NCBI GenBank assembly: GCA_963710375.1
Contig: CAVPZX010000006.1
Location: 94,467 to 158,466, forward strand
Length of the DNA: 64,000 nucleotides
Direction of reading: 5' to 3'
DNA from: Nitrospirota bacterium
GTDB taxonomy: Bacteria > Nitrospirota > Thermodesulfovibrionia > Thermodesulfovibrionales > Dissulfurispiraceae
Positions 1 to 9,993 of the stretch are shown here, in pieces. Under the pieces are notes generated by a model that was given only the letters and a program-made list of their open reading frames with translations, was not told the DNA's origin and did no database searches. Made by a program: the position numbers and the translations under genes. Numbering within the stretch: position 1 is the stretch's first letter; each line of letters starts with the position of its first letter.

Positions 1-1
1 A

Positions 2-544
2 GAAAGAATTACCGGCGTCACGACAATCCTAATGGATACCGGAATCGACACAGGAGATATACTGCAACATGCCGAAGTTCAGATTCTGGATGACGATAAT
101 GCTGAAACGCTTTCAGGGAAACTTGCCGACCTTGGGGGGAAGACGCTTATAGAGACACTTAAGGGAATAAGGTCAGGCACGGTCAAGCCGGTACCGCAGA
201 CCGGCGATGCGACCTATGCGCCTCCGCTCAGGAAGGAGGACGGCAGAATAAACTGGGGCAGGAGCGCTCGCGAGTTGCTCCAGTTTGTAAAAGGCCTGTA
301 CCCATGGCCTTCTGCATTCAGTTATCTTAACGATGAGCTGATAAAGATAATCAAAGTGAAGCCGCTTGATGGTGACGGCGTCGCCGGGAGGATCGAAAAG
401 GCATCAGGGGGTCAACTTGTCGTAGGTACAGGGAAGGGCCTTCTTTTGGTAGAGGAACTCCAACCAGGGGGCAGGAGAATCATGTCTTCTGAAGCATTTA
501 TGTCAGGCCGGAGATTAAAAGAAGGACATGAAACGTTTTCTTAG
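2..544 (+). CDS. fmt: Methionyl-tRNA formyltransferase, 5' part outside the window
   Basis: Motifs TGVTTILMDTGIDTGDIL, TYAPPLRKEDGRINW and GLYPWPSAF; the frame is open from the window start; upstream of rsmB. Confidence 0.93.
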   Translation, partial: ERITGVTTILMDTGIDTGDILQHAEVQILDDDNAETLSGKLADLGGKTLIETLKGIRSGTVKPVPQTGDATYAPPLRKEDGRINWGRSARELLQFVKGLYPWPSAFSYLNDELIKIIKVKPLDGDGVAGRIEKASGGQLVVGTGKGLLLVEELQPGGRRIMSSEAFMSGRRLKEGHETFS

Positions 545-1052
545 AGGATTTGTTTTAAAGGTGCTATACCCGTTGCTGATGCTGGCAGGGGCTTTTCTGA
601 AAAGCAGAAAAGAGCTATTCCAGCGCTACGTTATTGATCTGAATAACTGGCTGATCAAAGCGGAGCCTGAGAGATACAGGACAAAGAGGATACTGCTGCT
701 GTTGCCTCATTGCCTGCAGATAAGTGACTGCGACGTCAGGATAACCATTGATATCAATAATTGCAAGCGGTGCGGCAGGTGTGGAATTAAGGACCTGATA
801 CAGGTGGCCGTTGATAATGACCTGAAACTTTTTGTTGCCACCGGAGGAAATCTTGCCAGACGCATTGTAAGTGATGTAAGGCCGGAGGCCATTGTGGCCG
901 TTGCCTGCGAGAGGGATTTAAGCAGCGGCATTGTTGACAGCTATCCTCTCCCGGTTTTGGGTATCCACAATGAGAGGCCTTTCGGCCCATGCCGTGATAC
1001 GCGGGTTGATCTGGAAAAGGTAAGAGAAGCCATAAAATTCTTCGGAACGTGA
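528..1052 (+). CDS. DUF116-family Cys-rich protein
   Basis: Motifs LLLLPHCLQ, CKRCGRC, ATGG and AVACERDL; fmt-rsmB context. Confidence 0.85.
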   Translation: MKRFLRGFVLKVLYPLLMLAGAFLKSRKELFQRYVIDLNNWLIKAEPERYRTKRILLLLPHCLQISDCDVRITIDINNCKRCGRCGIKDLIQVAVDNDLKLFVATGGNLARRIVSDVRPEAIVAVACERDLSSGIVDSYPLPVLGIHNERPFGPCRDTRVDLEKVREAIKFFGT

Positions 1053-1221
1053 AACGTTAATAGTGAATAGTGAAAGGTGAATAGTGAATAGTGAAAAGCA
1101 ACAGACTAAAACCAAAGTAGAATTTTTATTTCTTGTATTTTGTATTTGTTTTTTTACTATTCACTATTCACCCTTCACTGTTTTTGTTACTATTTACTAT
1201 TCACCTTTCACTTTTCACGTT
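1049..1221. repeat. Inverted heptamer array: (GTGAATA-like)x7 followed by (TATTCAC-like)x8
   Basis: Forward units 1049-1097; reverse-complement units 1151-1178 and 1191-1218. Confidence 0.9.
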
Positions 1222-1240
1222 CTTTGTTTTTCTAGATAGT

Positions 1241-2581
1241 ATGTCACCTGCCAGAGAGCGCGCTGTCGTTGCCCTTAATAAGATTTTCATAAGAGGAAAA
1301 AAACCCAGGGAAGTGATCGAGGCCCTGTCATGGGAGGACGACAAGAGGGAACGGGCCTTTCTTATGGAACTGGTATACGGGGTCTTGAGATACCGGGACT
1401 TGCTTGACTGGATGCTTAAGGATTTCTTAAGGAAGCCGGCTGGTTTATCATTCGATACGATCAATAACCTGAGAATTGCAGTTTACCAGATCGCGTATAT
1501 GCGCGTTCCAGAATGGGCCGCTGTAAATGAGGCGGTTGATGTTGAAAAGGCGCAAAGGGGAAGGGCTTCGCTTGTGAACGCGGTATTGAGGAACTTTCTA
1601 AGGCGAATAGAGACGATACCCCCCCCGGATGACGACATAGCGATCGAGACATCCCATCCCAGATGGCTCATAAAGCGTTGGGTCAAGCGGTTTGGTCATG
1701 ATGGCGCCATGAGGCTCGCAAAAAAAAATAACGAACTCCCGAAGCTCACCTTAAGAATAGATGACACCGTGGAACGGGAAAGAGCAGTGGCCGTCCTTGC
1801 AGCAAAGGGCGTTCAAGCCAATAAAACGAGTTTCTCTCCATCCGGCATTGCGCTTCAAGACCTGCATTCATTCAGCGATCTTCATGGCTTGCTGGATTTC
1901 CCTTTCCTTGTCCAGGATGAAGCAGCCCAGTTGATAACCTTTCTGCTGGCCCCCTGTCCTGAAGAAATTATACTAGATGCCTGTGCCGCTCCCGGCGGAA
2001 AGACTACCCATATTGCAAAACTTATGGGTGACAGAGGGAAGGTCATAGCGGTCGAGACCGAATCACAAAGAATCAAACAGCTTGAGGAAAATATCACCAG
2101 GCTTGGGCTGCATTCAGTGGTGGTTGTGCACGGAGATGTTCGTGATGCAGAGGACGGTATCAGGCAGGCCGCCGGTTGCGAAACCGGTTCTGGCAATTGT
2201 TTGTTTGACCGTATTCTCCTTGACGCCCCATGTTCAGCCCTGGGTGTTATTCGAAGGAACCCTGATGTAAAGTACCGGCACCTTCCGCGGGATTTGCAGA
2301 GGTTCAGGGAAAATCAACTGGCGCTTCTTCAGGCTGTTTCCCGGTACCTGAAGGTCAACGGAAGTATGGTATATTCAGTATGTTCGACAGAACCGGAAGA
2401 AGGGGAGGAAGTAATAGGGACATTTTTACACAGTAATCAGAATTTTAGTATTATAAAGGGCGAGCATGATTTTCTGCGGCCTTTTGAATATAGCTATTCA
2501 GGGCGGGTATTTTACAGGACTTTTCCCCATGAGCACGATATGGATGGTTTTTTCGCCGCACGGCTGAAAAGGATTGGATGA
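1241..2581 (+). CDS. rsmB: 16S rRNA m5C967 methyltransferase RsmB/Sun
   Basis: NusB-like N-terminus, then LDACAAPGGKT, DAPCS and YSVCS. Start moved to ATG 1241 because the longer ORF is translated repeat DNA. Confidence 0.93.
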   Translation: MSPARERAVVALNKIFIRGKKPREVIEALSWEDDKRERAFLMELVYGVLRYRDLLDWMLKDFLRKPAGLSFDTINNLRIAVYQIAYMRVPEWAAVNEAVDVEKAQRGRASLVNAVLRNFLRRIETIPPPDDDIAIETSHPRWLIKRWVKRFGHDGAMRLAKKNNELPKLTLRIDDTVERERAVAVLAAKGVQANKTSFSPSGIALQDLHSFSDLHGLLDFPFLVQDEAAQLITFLLAPCPEEIILDACAAPGGKTTHIAKLMGDRGKVIAVETESQRIKQLEENITRLGLHSVVVVHGDVRDAEDGIRQAAGCETGSGNCLFDRILLDAPCSALGVIRRNPDVKYRHLPRDLQRFRENQLALLQAVSRYLKVNGSMVYSVCSTEPEEGEEVIGTFLHSNQNFSIIKGEHDFLRPFEYSYSGRVFYRTFPHEHDMDGFFAARLKRIG

Positions 2582-3093
2582 AGAATTTAATAAAAATACC
2601 GGTGTATCTTTTTGCCTTGCTGGTTCTCGGCATTGTTTCAGGCCACCTGACTTTTCAACTTCTGAGCTTCAGCAGGACTGTTATTGTCCCTGATCTCAGA
2701 GGCAAGGGAATGATGGACGCTGACGACATTCTCAGGGGTAAGGGACTGCATATCCGTCTTGAAGGCGAGGATTACGATGCTGCTGTACCCCAGGGGAATA
2801 TAATTCGTCAGGATATACTGCCCGGCAGCAAGGTAAAGCAGGACAGAGAAGTCGGTATCGTGTTGAGCAAAGGGCCGAAGATACAATACGTGCCTGATAT
2901 TGTCGGCCAGCCTCTCGACAGGGCTGAAGCAATATTAAAAGATAAGGGTATACAGATCGGAAAGATACTTTATGTTCATTCCGAGAAGACCACAAAGAAT
3001 GTAGTTTTGGCGCAGAGGCCCGAGACGAATGAGAGCGGAGCTGATGTTTTCAGTATTATAGTGAGCCTCGGTGATTTTGAGGAAAAACAATAA
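2578..3093 (+). CDS. Membrane-anchored PASTA-domain protein
   Basis: N-terminal TM helix and two PASTA repeats (VPDLRG, VPDIVG). Confidence 0.85.
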   Translation: MKNLIKIPVYLFALLVLGIVSGHLTFQLLSFSRTVIVPDLRGKGMMDADDILRGKGLHIRLEGEDYDAAVPQGNIIRQDILPGSKVKQDREVGIVLSKGPKIQYVPDIVGQPLDRAEAILKDKGIQIGKILYVHSEKTTKNVVLAQRPETNESGADVFSIIVSLGDFEEKQ

Positions 3094-3099
3094 GCAAGG

Positions 3100-3190
3100 A
3101 AGGTTTAGGTTGAGGTTAAGGTTGAGACTGAGCAATTTTGTTCAATGTTGATATTTGTTTCTTACTTGACCTTAACCTTAGCCTTAACCT
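3100..3190. repeat. Inverted hexamer array (AGGTTN)n / (NAACCT)n
   Basis: aggtttaggttgaggttaaggttgag, then ttgaccttaaccttagccttaacct. Confidence 0.8.
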
Positions 3191-3209
3191 GTTTTTTTAA
3201 GGAGGAAAC

Positions 3210-3887
3210 GTGATTAAAATTGCTCCGTCACTATTATCCGCAGATTTTTTGAGACTCGGGGAAGAAATAAAAGCGGCAGAGGCTTCCGGCGCAGATATAA
3301 TGCATCTCGATGTAATGGACGGCCATTTTGTACCCAATATCACCATAGGTCCGGCAATTGTTGAATCAATACGTAAAGCCACTGCTCTGCCGCTCGATGT
3401 CCACCTTATGATAGAATCCCCGGACCGTTACTTGGATGATTTTATCAGAGCCGGGGCCGATTACCTCACAGTACATGTCGAAACTTGTATCCATCTTCAC
3501 CGGACCGTTCATTATATAAAGAGCAAGGGGATTAAGGCCGCTGTATCGCTGAATCCGGCCACCCCTCTTTGCACCCTTGATCTCATTCTGCCCGATCTCG
3601 ACATGGTGTTGCTTATGTCTGTCAATCCTGGGTTCGGTGGGCAGCATTTCATCCCATTCGTTCTGGATAAAATACGGTCGCTGAAAACTGTTATCAAAGA
3701 GAGGGGTCTGAACGCGCTTATCGAAGTCGATGGCGGAATTAAGCCGGGCAATGCGGTGGAAGTGGCATCTGCAGGGGCCGATATCATGGTCATGGGATCC
3801 GCTTACTTTTATTCCGGAGATTATAACGCTCTGATGAAAGGGCTCAGGGAGCAATTAGCGGGAATCGGAGAGATGCATGGACGATAA
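3210..3887 (+). CDS. rpe: Ribulose-phosphate 3-epimerase
   Basis: IAPSLLSADF, HLDVMDGHFVPN, MSVNPGFGGQ, VDGG. Confidence 0.97.
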   Translation: MIKIAPSLLSADFLRLGEEIKAAEASGADIMHLDVMDGHFVPNITIGPAIVESIRKATALPLDVHLMIESPDRYLDDFIRAGADYLTVHVETCIHLHRTVHYIKSKGIKAAVSLNPATPLCTLDLILPDLDMVLLMSVNPGFGGQHFIPFVLDKIRSLKTVIKERGLNALIEVDGGIKPGNAVEVASAGADIMVMGSAYFYSGDYNALMKGLREQLAGIGEMHGR

Positions 3888-4971
3888 AATCATTGCACTT
3901 ATAAGAAAGGCTGAAGTTTTAAGGGACAAGGCGCAATATCGTGAAGCCCTGAAGTTTTTCAAAAGCGCCCTGGCCATAAGCAAGAGAGGGGGCCACGTGA
4001 GCGGTATCCTCGATGCAACGCTTGCCATAGCCGATATCAGCAGGATGACAGGTGACTTTGACCGGGCCATAAACAATTACGAGGAGGCGCTGGAGGCATG
4101 CGAAGCCCTTGGCCAGACTCTTACTGCCGCAGACTGCATGGTTGGAATGGGGCTTTCCCTCAGGGCGATAGGGATGTGGAAAGAGGCGCTGCAGTTCGTT
4201 TCTGCGGCCAGGAAGACATACCGGAGAGAAAAGGACAAGAGGGGAGCAGCGTTTTCCCTATGGGCGGAAGCCGGGGTGTATAGGGTAGCCGGGAATATAG
4301 GAAAGGCCATTACTTTATTCACCGAGGCAAAGACTTCTTTTGCTTCGATCGGATTTAATTCCGGTATAGCATATGCTTTGTGCGGGCTTGGAGGCACTCA
4401 CCGCATTGCGGGAAAATACGGTGAATCGCTGCAATATTACCGGCAGGCAAATCAGATGTTCGGCAGCCTGAAGGACAAATTCGGGACCGCCTATTCGCAT
4501 TGCGGTATCGGCAATGCGTACAGGATGCAGATGCGTTACGGTGATGCCATGCGGCATTTCAGAAAAGCGGCTCATCTCTATGAAGAGATAGGCGACATCG
4601 TGAGCTATTCCTATACCCTGTGGAGCATTGCCACCGCTTGCAAGATGAAGAGGGACTTCCCGCAGGCCGAAACGTATACATCCGCTGCATTGCGCAACTT
4701 CAAAAAAACAAAGGACCCGAGGGGTGTTATATACTGTGATATGCTGATCGGCGAAATGGATTTTATGAAAGGCAGAAATGCTGCTGCCGGGAAAAGGCTG
4801 CGCCGGGCGCTGCTCCTCGCCGGGAAGTATGGCTTCAGCCTGGAACAATGCCATGCGAAAACGCTCCTTGCGTTGTTGTCTGGCGCCTCGCGAGAGGCCG
4901 AGCCTTTATCGTGCTATAAGAGGATGGGAGTTGCCATGCACACTATCTCAGTTCCTTTTAATATGCCATGA
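3877..4971 (+). CDS. Tetratricopeptide-repeat protein
   Basis: Repeated ~40-aa A..L..LG...G....A..Y...A helical units. Confidence 0.85.
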   Translation: MDDKIIALIRKAEVLRDKAQYREALKFFKSALAISKRGGHVSGILDATLAIADISRMTGDFDRAINNYEEALEACEALGQTLTAADCMVGMGLSLRAIGMWKEALQFVSAARKTYRREKDKRGAAFSLWAEAGVYRVAGNIGKAITLFTEAKTSFASIGFNSGIAYALCGLGGTHRIAGKYGESLQYYRQANQMFGSLKDKFGTAYSHCGIGNAYRMQMRYGDAMRHFRKAAHLYEEIGDIVSYSYTLWSIATACKMKRDFPQAETYTSAALRNFKKTKDPRGVIYCDMLIGEMDFMKGRNAAAGKRLRRALLLAGKYGFSLEQCHAKTLLALLSGASREAEPLSCYKRMGVAMHTISVPFNMP

Positions 4972-5516
4972 GCGGTCTGAAGGTCCTAAGCATCCCGAAC
5001 AGTGTCACATTTATCAGAATTGTGATCATTCCCGTATTTGTGACCGCGCTCGTTTACAATCGGGTCGATTACGCGCTGTTTCTTTTCATAGTAGCCAGCA
5101 TCTCGGATATGTTTGACGGCCTTCTCGCAAGGATAACCAACCAGCAAACCCGTCTCGGAGCCTTTCTCGATCCATTAGCCGACAAATTCCTGCTGATGAC
5201 GTCATTCATACTGTTTTCAGTGTACGGTTGGATACCGATGTGGATGACCATAACCGTGATTAGCCGTGACCTGATTGTAACGCTGGGTTGGTTACTGCTG
5301 TATCTGCTTTATGACATAACGAAGGTCGAACCGTCGTTTATAGGAAAGGCCGCTATTGCTACCCAGCTTGTCCTGATCGCCTATACGCTTTTTTCGCGCA
5401 CCTTCCGGGGCGTACCGTCACCTGAAGTCTGGATGCTCGTCATTGTTGCCCTGCTGACCGTCGTATCCGGACTCCAGTACATTTATAGGGGGTTGAAACA
5501 GGCCGGTGAAAAGTAG
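4968..5516 (+). CDS. CDP-alcohol phosphatidyltransferase (PgsA-like)
   Basis: D..DG..AR......G..LD..ADK signature. Confidence 0.9.
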   Translation: MSGLKVLSIPNSVTFIRIVIIPVFVTALVYNRVDYALFLFIVASISDMFDGLLARITNQQTRLGAFLDPLADKFLLMTSFILFSVYGWIPMWMTITVISRDLIVTLGWLLLYLLYDITKVEPSFIGKAAIATQLVLIAYTLFSRTFRGVPSPEVWMLVIVALLTVVSGLQYIYRGLKQAGEK

Positions 5517-6819
5517 TCCCGGAGTTGAAATAGAATTAATAGCAGGAGGTAGTATAGCTGAACGGGCAGGCCTGCTACCTAAGGACAAGCTTATCAGAGT
5601 CAACGGCAAGAGGATCAAAGATGCAATAGACCTGCTGTTCTACAGTAATGAACCTGAACTGCAGCTCACGGTCGGCAGAGGTGACGTAAAGCTTGGTATA
5701 AACGCCTGCAGGAGCCGGGATGAGACCGTCGGGCTGGGGATTGGGCTAAAACCGTTCCATACCAGATCATGCAAGAACAACTGCATTTTCTGTTTTGTAT
5801 CGCAGCTCCCAAAAGGGTTGAGGAAGTCCCTTTATCTGAAAGACGACGATTACAGGATGTCGTTTCTCTATGGCAATTATATAACCTTAACCAACCTCAC
5901 TCCCGAGGACAAACAGAGGATCATAGCTCAGCACCTGAGCCCTCTGTATATTTCAGTCCATTCGACCAATTCTGCGATCAGGAATAAATTGCTTGGCGTC
6001 CACGCAGCGGAAAATATTCTCAAGGAGATCAAGTTCCTTGCCGACAACAAGATACGCATGCATACACAGATTGTTTTGTGCCCCGGCTATAACGACGGCA
6101 AAGGTCTTGAAAAAACAATCGCCGACCTCTACCGTTTTTATCCTTATGTGCAGTCGATAGCGGTTGTGCCGGTGGGACTCACTGCACACCGTAAAAAACA
6201 GCTGAAACCCGTGGATATGGAAGATGCCCTGAGAGCGCTGGATACTATACGCAAGTTCCAGCACAGGTTCAGGAGGAAGCACGGAGAAAGCATTGCGTAT
6301 GGGGCTGACGAGTTGTATATCAAGGCTGCAGCGGAATTCCCCCCTCTGGATGACTACGGCGAGCTTCCGCAGATCGAAAACGGTGTAGGCATGGTCCAGT
6401 TGTTCATGCATCAGGCTAAAAAGGTGAAGCTTCCACAGTCGCTCCAGAAGAGCAAGGATGCAGGCAGACGATTTCTCACATTTACAGGCGTTTCTTTCTA
6501 CCCTTATCTCGCCAGGTATGTCGGCAGGCTCAGGAAGACAGGTATTGACATAGAGGCGGTGCCTGTCGAGAATACTTTTTTCGGCACAAGTGTAACAGTG
6601 ACGGGACTCCTCACGGGCCGCGATGTAATTAAGGTCCTTTCCGGACTTGTGGACAAGTTCGACACAATTCTCGTTCCTGATGTTGTCCTGCGTTCTGAAG
6701 GCGACTTGTTTCTTGACGATATATCCCTGCATGTTTTAGAAGAAATGCTGGGTGTGCCTGTAGTGGCTGTGGCATCGACCCCACAGGGTATCATGGACGC
6801 GATAGCAGCCCTGTCATAA
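5506..6819 (+). CDS. PDZ + radical-SAM-like DUF512 protein
   Basis: N-terminal PDZ, CKNNCIFCF (CxxxCxxC), QIENGVG, VTVTGLLTG. Confidence 0.88.
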   Translation: MKSSPGVEIELIAGGSIAERAGLLPKDKLIRVNGKRIKDAIDLLFYSNEPELQLTVGRGDVKLGINACRSRDETVGLGIGLKPFHTRSCKNNCIFCFVSQLPKGLRKSLYLKDDDYRMSFLYGNYITLTNLTPEDKQRIIAQHLSPLYISVHSTNSAIRNKLLGVHAAENILKEIKFLADNKIRMHTQIVLCPGYNDGKGLEKTIADLYRFYPYVQSIAVVPVGLTAHRKKQLKPVDMEDALRALDTIRKFQHRFRRKHGESIAYGADELYIKAAAEFPPLDDYGELPQIENGVGMVQLFMHQAKKVKLPQSLQKSKDAGRRFLTFTGVSFYPYLARYVGRLRKTGIDIEAVPVENTFFGTSVTVTGLLTGRDVIKVLSGLVDKFDTILVPDVVLRSEGDLFLDDISLHVLEEMLGVPVVAVASTPQGIMDAIAALS

Positions 6820-6823
6820 CGTA

Positions 6824-7933
6824 ATGGCGCGAGTCATCCTCAGAAAAGCAGCGTATGATTACGATACCTTGCGGCCGGTGTTCTTCGAGATTATGGACTC
6901 CCTCGGCGGTGGTCTCATTGGGAAGAACAGCCGAGTTTTGATAAAACCGAATCTTTTGGCCCCGGCGCCTCCGGAATGTGCGATAGTTACTCACCCGCTC
7001 GTAGTGAAAGCGGCTGTCGAATATGTGATCAGCAGACATGCTTGCCCGGTAATTTCAGACAGCCCTGCAATGGGGTCCTTCGAAAGAGTTTTAAAAGAAA
7101 GCGGAATCAAAGATGCGCTGAAGGGGCTTGATGTGGAGTACAGTGAGTTTAAGAAATCGGTGCCGGTTGCTGCCGGCATTCCGTTTCATACCGTTGCTAT
7201 AGCCGAGGATGCGCTCGCATCTGATGTCATGATCAACCTGCCGAAACTTAAGACGCATGCCCAGATGTTGCTTACTCTCGGCGTGAAAAACCTTTTTGGA
7301 TGCATTGTCGGATTGAGTAAACCGGAGTGGCATTTCAGGACCGGTGTAGACAGGGAGATGTTTGCCCGGCTATTAGCCCAGATATGCAAAGCGGTAAACC
7401 CTTCTTTTACTGTTCTCGACGGAGTACTTGCCATGGAAGGGGAAGGTCCGGGAAGGAGCGGGACACCCCGTGAAATCGGTGTGTTGATAGGCAGCAACGA
7501 TGCTGTGGCCCTTGATGCAGCAGTGTGCAGGATGCTCGGCATTGAGCCTGAAGAATTATTGACCTGCAAGGCTGCAAAGGAGATTGGCCTGTCAGGAGGT
7601 GATGCCGCCATAGACGGTGAAGTTCCGGTTATAACAGATTTTAAATTTCCGGTTGTAGGTTCTCTGGTCTTCGGCCCTAAGCAGCTGCATGGCGCAATGA
7701 GAAGGCATCTGGTCCAGCGTCCGATCGTCGATGCATCAACCTGCGCATTATGCGGAGAATGCTGGAAATACTGTCCTTCAAAAGCGATTCAGCGAAAAGG
7801 CAGGAAAATCGATTTTGATTATGATAAGTGCATCAGGTGCTATTGCTGCATAGAGGTCTGTCCGCACGGTGCGCTCAAGGCGGTTGACACATTGCCCGGC
7901 AAATTGCTGCGGAGTATAGCAAGGAAGTTGTAG
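6824..7933 (+). CDS. DUF362 protein with C-terminal 2x[4Fe-4S] domain
   Basis: LIKPN, INLPKLKTH, KNLFG, MEGEGP; two CxxCxxCxxxCP motifs. Confidence 0.88.
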   Translation: MARVILRKAAYDYDTLRPVFFEIMDSLGGGLIGKNSRVLIKPNLLAPAPPECAIVTHPLVVKAAVEYVISRHACPVISDSPAMGSFERVLKESGIKDALKGLDVEYSEFKKSVPVAAGIPFHTVAIAEDALASDVMINLPKLKTHAQMLLTLGVKNLFGCIVGLSKPEWHFRTGVDREMFARLLAQICKAVNPSFTVLDGVLAMEGEGPGRSGTPREIGVLIGSNDAVALDAAVCRMLGIEPEELLTCKAAKEIGLSGGDAAIDGEVPVITDFKFPVVGSLVFGPKQLHGAMRRHLVQRPIVDASTCALCGECWKYCPSKAIQRKGRKIDFDYDKCIRCYCCIEVCPHGALKAVDTLPGKLLRSIARKL

Positions 7934-7937
7934 TGTA

Positions 7938-7966
7938 TTGACACTTGCCGGACTATCAGATAGACT
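7938..7966 (+). promoter_or_regulatory. Sigma70-type promoter for the coo operon
   Basis: TTGACA-17 nt-TAGACT. Confidence 0.55.
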
Positions 7967-8032
7967 TTGACTTATAGGCAGGAAAGATCAAGGAGCCTTC
8001 TAAATTCTTCATTCAAAAAGGAGGTTTGTAGC

Positions 8033-9253
8033 ATGAATGCTGTCATAATCGGCCTGAGCGCTGCCGGGCTGTCATGCCTCGATGTTCTTTTGAAATTCTC
8101 TCCTCAAGTCAACGTTACCGCGATATCTGAAGAAAAATACTCTCCTTACTGCAGGTGTATGCTCACCCACTATCTAGGCAGGATTGTCCGGGAGGAACAG
8201 ATGTACATAAAAGACATATCCGCCTGCCCGAATAACGTTAATTTGATTTTCGGAGATAGGGTAGAGACTATTGATGTGCATAAAAGGTCGTTGACGTTGT
8301 CGAGCGGCAAAATAATAAGCTACGACAAGCTTCTTATTGCTACTGGAGCAAACGCTGTCAAACCGGAATATTATGACGAAAAAAAGAGAACTTTCACTTT
8401 GCGCTACATGGATGATGCCAGGAAACTTGAACAATATATTAAAGACAGTGCGGTGGTTCTTGGTGGAGGGTTTGTCGGAATAAAAGCCGCCTATGGATTA
8501 CTTGAGCGGAATGTTAAGGTTGAAATGATTGTATCATCTCCTTACCCTCTTTCCCTGGTCTTGGATGAAAAGACAGCGCGGTTTGTGGAAAAGGATATGC
8601 GGGATGCCGGCATCGTCATACGCACCCAGGATGACATTGCGGAGATAAACATGAAAAAAGAAAGTGTCGCTGTTTCCCTTAAATCTGGGATCGAAGTGTA
8701 CAGTGATGTAGTTGTGGTCGGAAAGGGTGTAAAACCAAGGGTTGACGTTGCCAGAAAATCAGGGATAAAGATCGATCTGGGAATCATGGTCAATGAATTC
8801 CTTGAAACCTCGGCAGAAGGTGTTTACGCTGCAGGAGATTGTTGCGAGACGATGGATGTGGCGCGGAAAGTGCCTTGGATTAACGCCCTCTGGCCTGTTG
8901 CAGCGGAACAGGGTTATTTTGCCGCACTAAATATTTTGGGCCCCAATACCCCATATGCCGGAAGCATCGGAATGAACAGTCTCAAAACCCATTCCTTTCA
9001 CCTTATCTCCGGAGGAGTCTTGAAGGAAGAGGAGGGGGTTGTCGTATATGAAAAACACTTCCCTCACCGTAAACAATTCCGGAAATTGGCGGTTAGAGAC
9101 AACGTCCCCGTAGGGATGGCTTTCTATAACTGCCCGGAGGATGCGGGACTTTATATTAACCTTATCAAGAAGGGTATGCCGCTCAATGCCGATCCTGTCA
9201 AGATCGTTAACGGCGAATTGGACATAGCGGACATACTCATACCTCAACGTTAA
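8033..9253 (+). CDS. FAD/NAD(P)-dependent oxidoreductase (CODH-associated FNOR type)
   Basis: IIGLSAAG, LLIATG, GGGFVG, VYAAGD; RBS AAGGAGG before ATG 8033. Confidence 0.88.
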   Translation: MNAVIIGLSAAGLSCLDVLLKFSPQVNVTAISEEKYSPYCRCMLTHYLGRIVREEQMYIKDISACPNNVNLIFGDRVETIDVHKRSLTLSSGKIISYDKLLIATGANAVKPEYYDEKKRTFTLRYMDDARKLEQYIKDSAVVLGGGFVGIKAAYGLLERNVKVEMIVSSPYPLSLVLDEKTARFVEKDMRDAGIVIRTQDDIAEINMKKESVAVSLKSGIEVYSDVVVVGKGVKPRVDVARKSGIKIDLGIMVNEFLETSAEGVYAAGDCCETMDVARKVPWINALWPVAAEQGYFAALNILGPNTPYAGSIGMNSLKTHSFHLISGGVLKEEEGVVVYEKHFPHRKQFRKLAVRDNVPVGMAFYNCPEDAGLYINLIKKGMPLNADPVKIVNGELDIADILIPQR

Positions 9254-9257
9254 AATG

Positions 9258-9381
9258 GACGGTTTCGTAAAAGGTCCATAGGCAAGGCGCGCAAATACTG
9301 AGGAATGAGGCGTACTTTGTGTACGCCGCAGTGACTAAGGATGCAGCGCAACGCAGCATATGGACTTTTTACGAAACCGTC
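9258..9381. mobile_element. 124-bp palindromic MITE/REP-like element
   Basis: 23-bp terminal inverted repeats with one mismatch (9258-9280 / 9359-9381); inner GGCGTAC-tttgt-GTACGCC hairpin. Confidence 0.75.
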
Positions 9382-9393
9382 GAGGAGGACGTT

Positions 9394-9993
9394 ATGAAAG
9401 TGGTTGTAGTTAAACCTGAGCGGTGTGTGGGATGCCTTCAATGCCGTTTCGCATGCGCCGTAGAGCACTCGATCAGCGGTTCACCCTATGCCGCACCCTA
9501 CGAATCGGTCCTTTCGAAGCCGAGGATTCATATCGGGCTGACTAAAGACAAAGACACCTTCCCGAACAAATGCAGGCACTGCGACCCTGCACCCTGCGAG
9601 ATGGCATGTCTGCCAAAGGCCATATTCAGAGAGCCTTCGACCGGAATGGTTCTCATCAACCCTGACCGGTGCATAAACTGCGGAATGTGTGCGATGGCCT
9701 GTCCTTTCGGCGTTGTTCGGTATCACGTCTATAGCAACAATAAGACAGCAGCCCACAAATGCGACCAATGCATAGTGCGGCAGAAAAAAGGCCAGGCGCC
9801 TGCCTGCGTCGAGGTCTGCAAGGTCGGGGCCCTCCTTTTCGAAGACTATAATAAAGTAATGGACAGGGATACAGACGAAATCTCCTCCCTGGTCTATCTT
9901 GGCATAAGATCAAAGGAACAGGAGAAAGGCCCATATCAGTCCTTAACTGCATATAAACACAAATTGGAAGATTTAAGGAGGCAGCAGTCATGA
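9394..9993 (+). CDS. cooF: 4x[4Fe-4S] electron-transfer protein CooF
   Basis: CVGCLQCRFAC, CRHCDPAPC...C, CINCGMCAMACP, KCDQC...PACVEVC; directly upstream of cooS. Confidence 0.9.
   Translation: MKVVVVKPERCVGCLQCRFACAVEHSISGSPYAAPYESVLSKPRIHIGLTKDKDTFPNKCRHCDPAPCEMACLPKAIFREPSTGMVLINPDRCINCGMCAMACPFGVVRYHVYSNNKTAAHKCDQCIVRQKKGQAPACVEVCKVGALLFEDYNKVMDRDTDEISSLVYLGIRSKEQEKGPYQSLTAYKHKLEDLRRQQS

Noticed and set aside
1133..1240. N-terminal extension of RsmB (LFTIH repeats) and the 918..1115 ORF
   Set aside because: These are translations of the heptamer repeat; ATG 1241 is the better start.
9250..9468. Minus-strand ORF and the extended cooF N-terminus from 9319
   Set aside because: Both derive from the palindromic element; the RBS supports ATG 9394.
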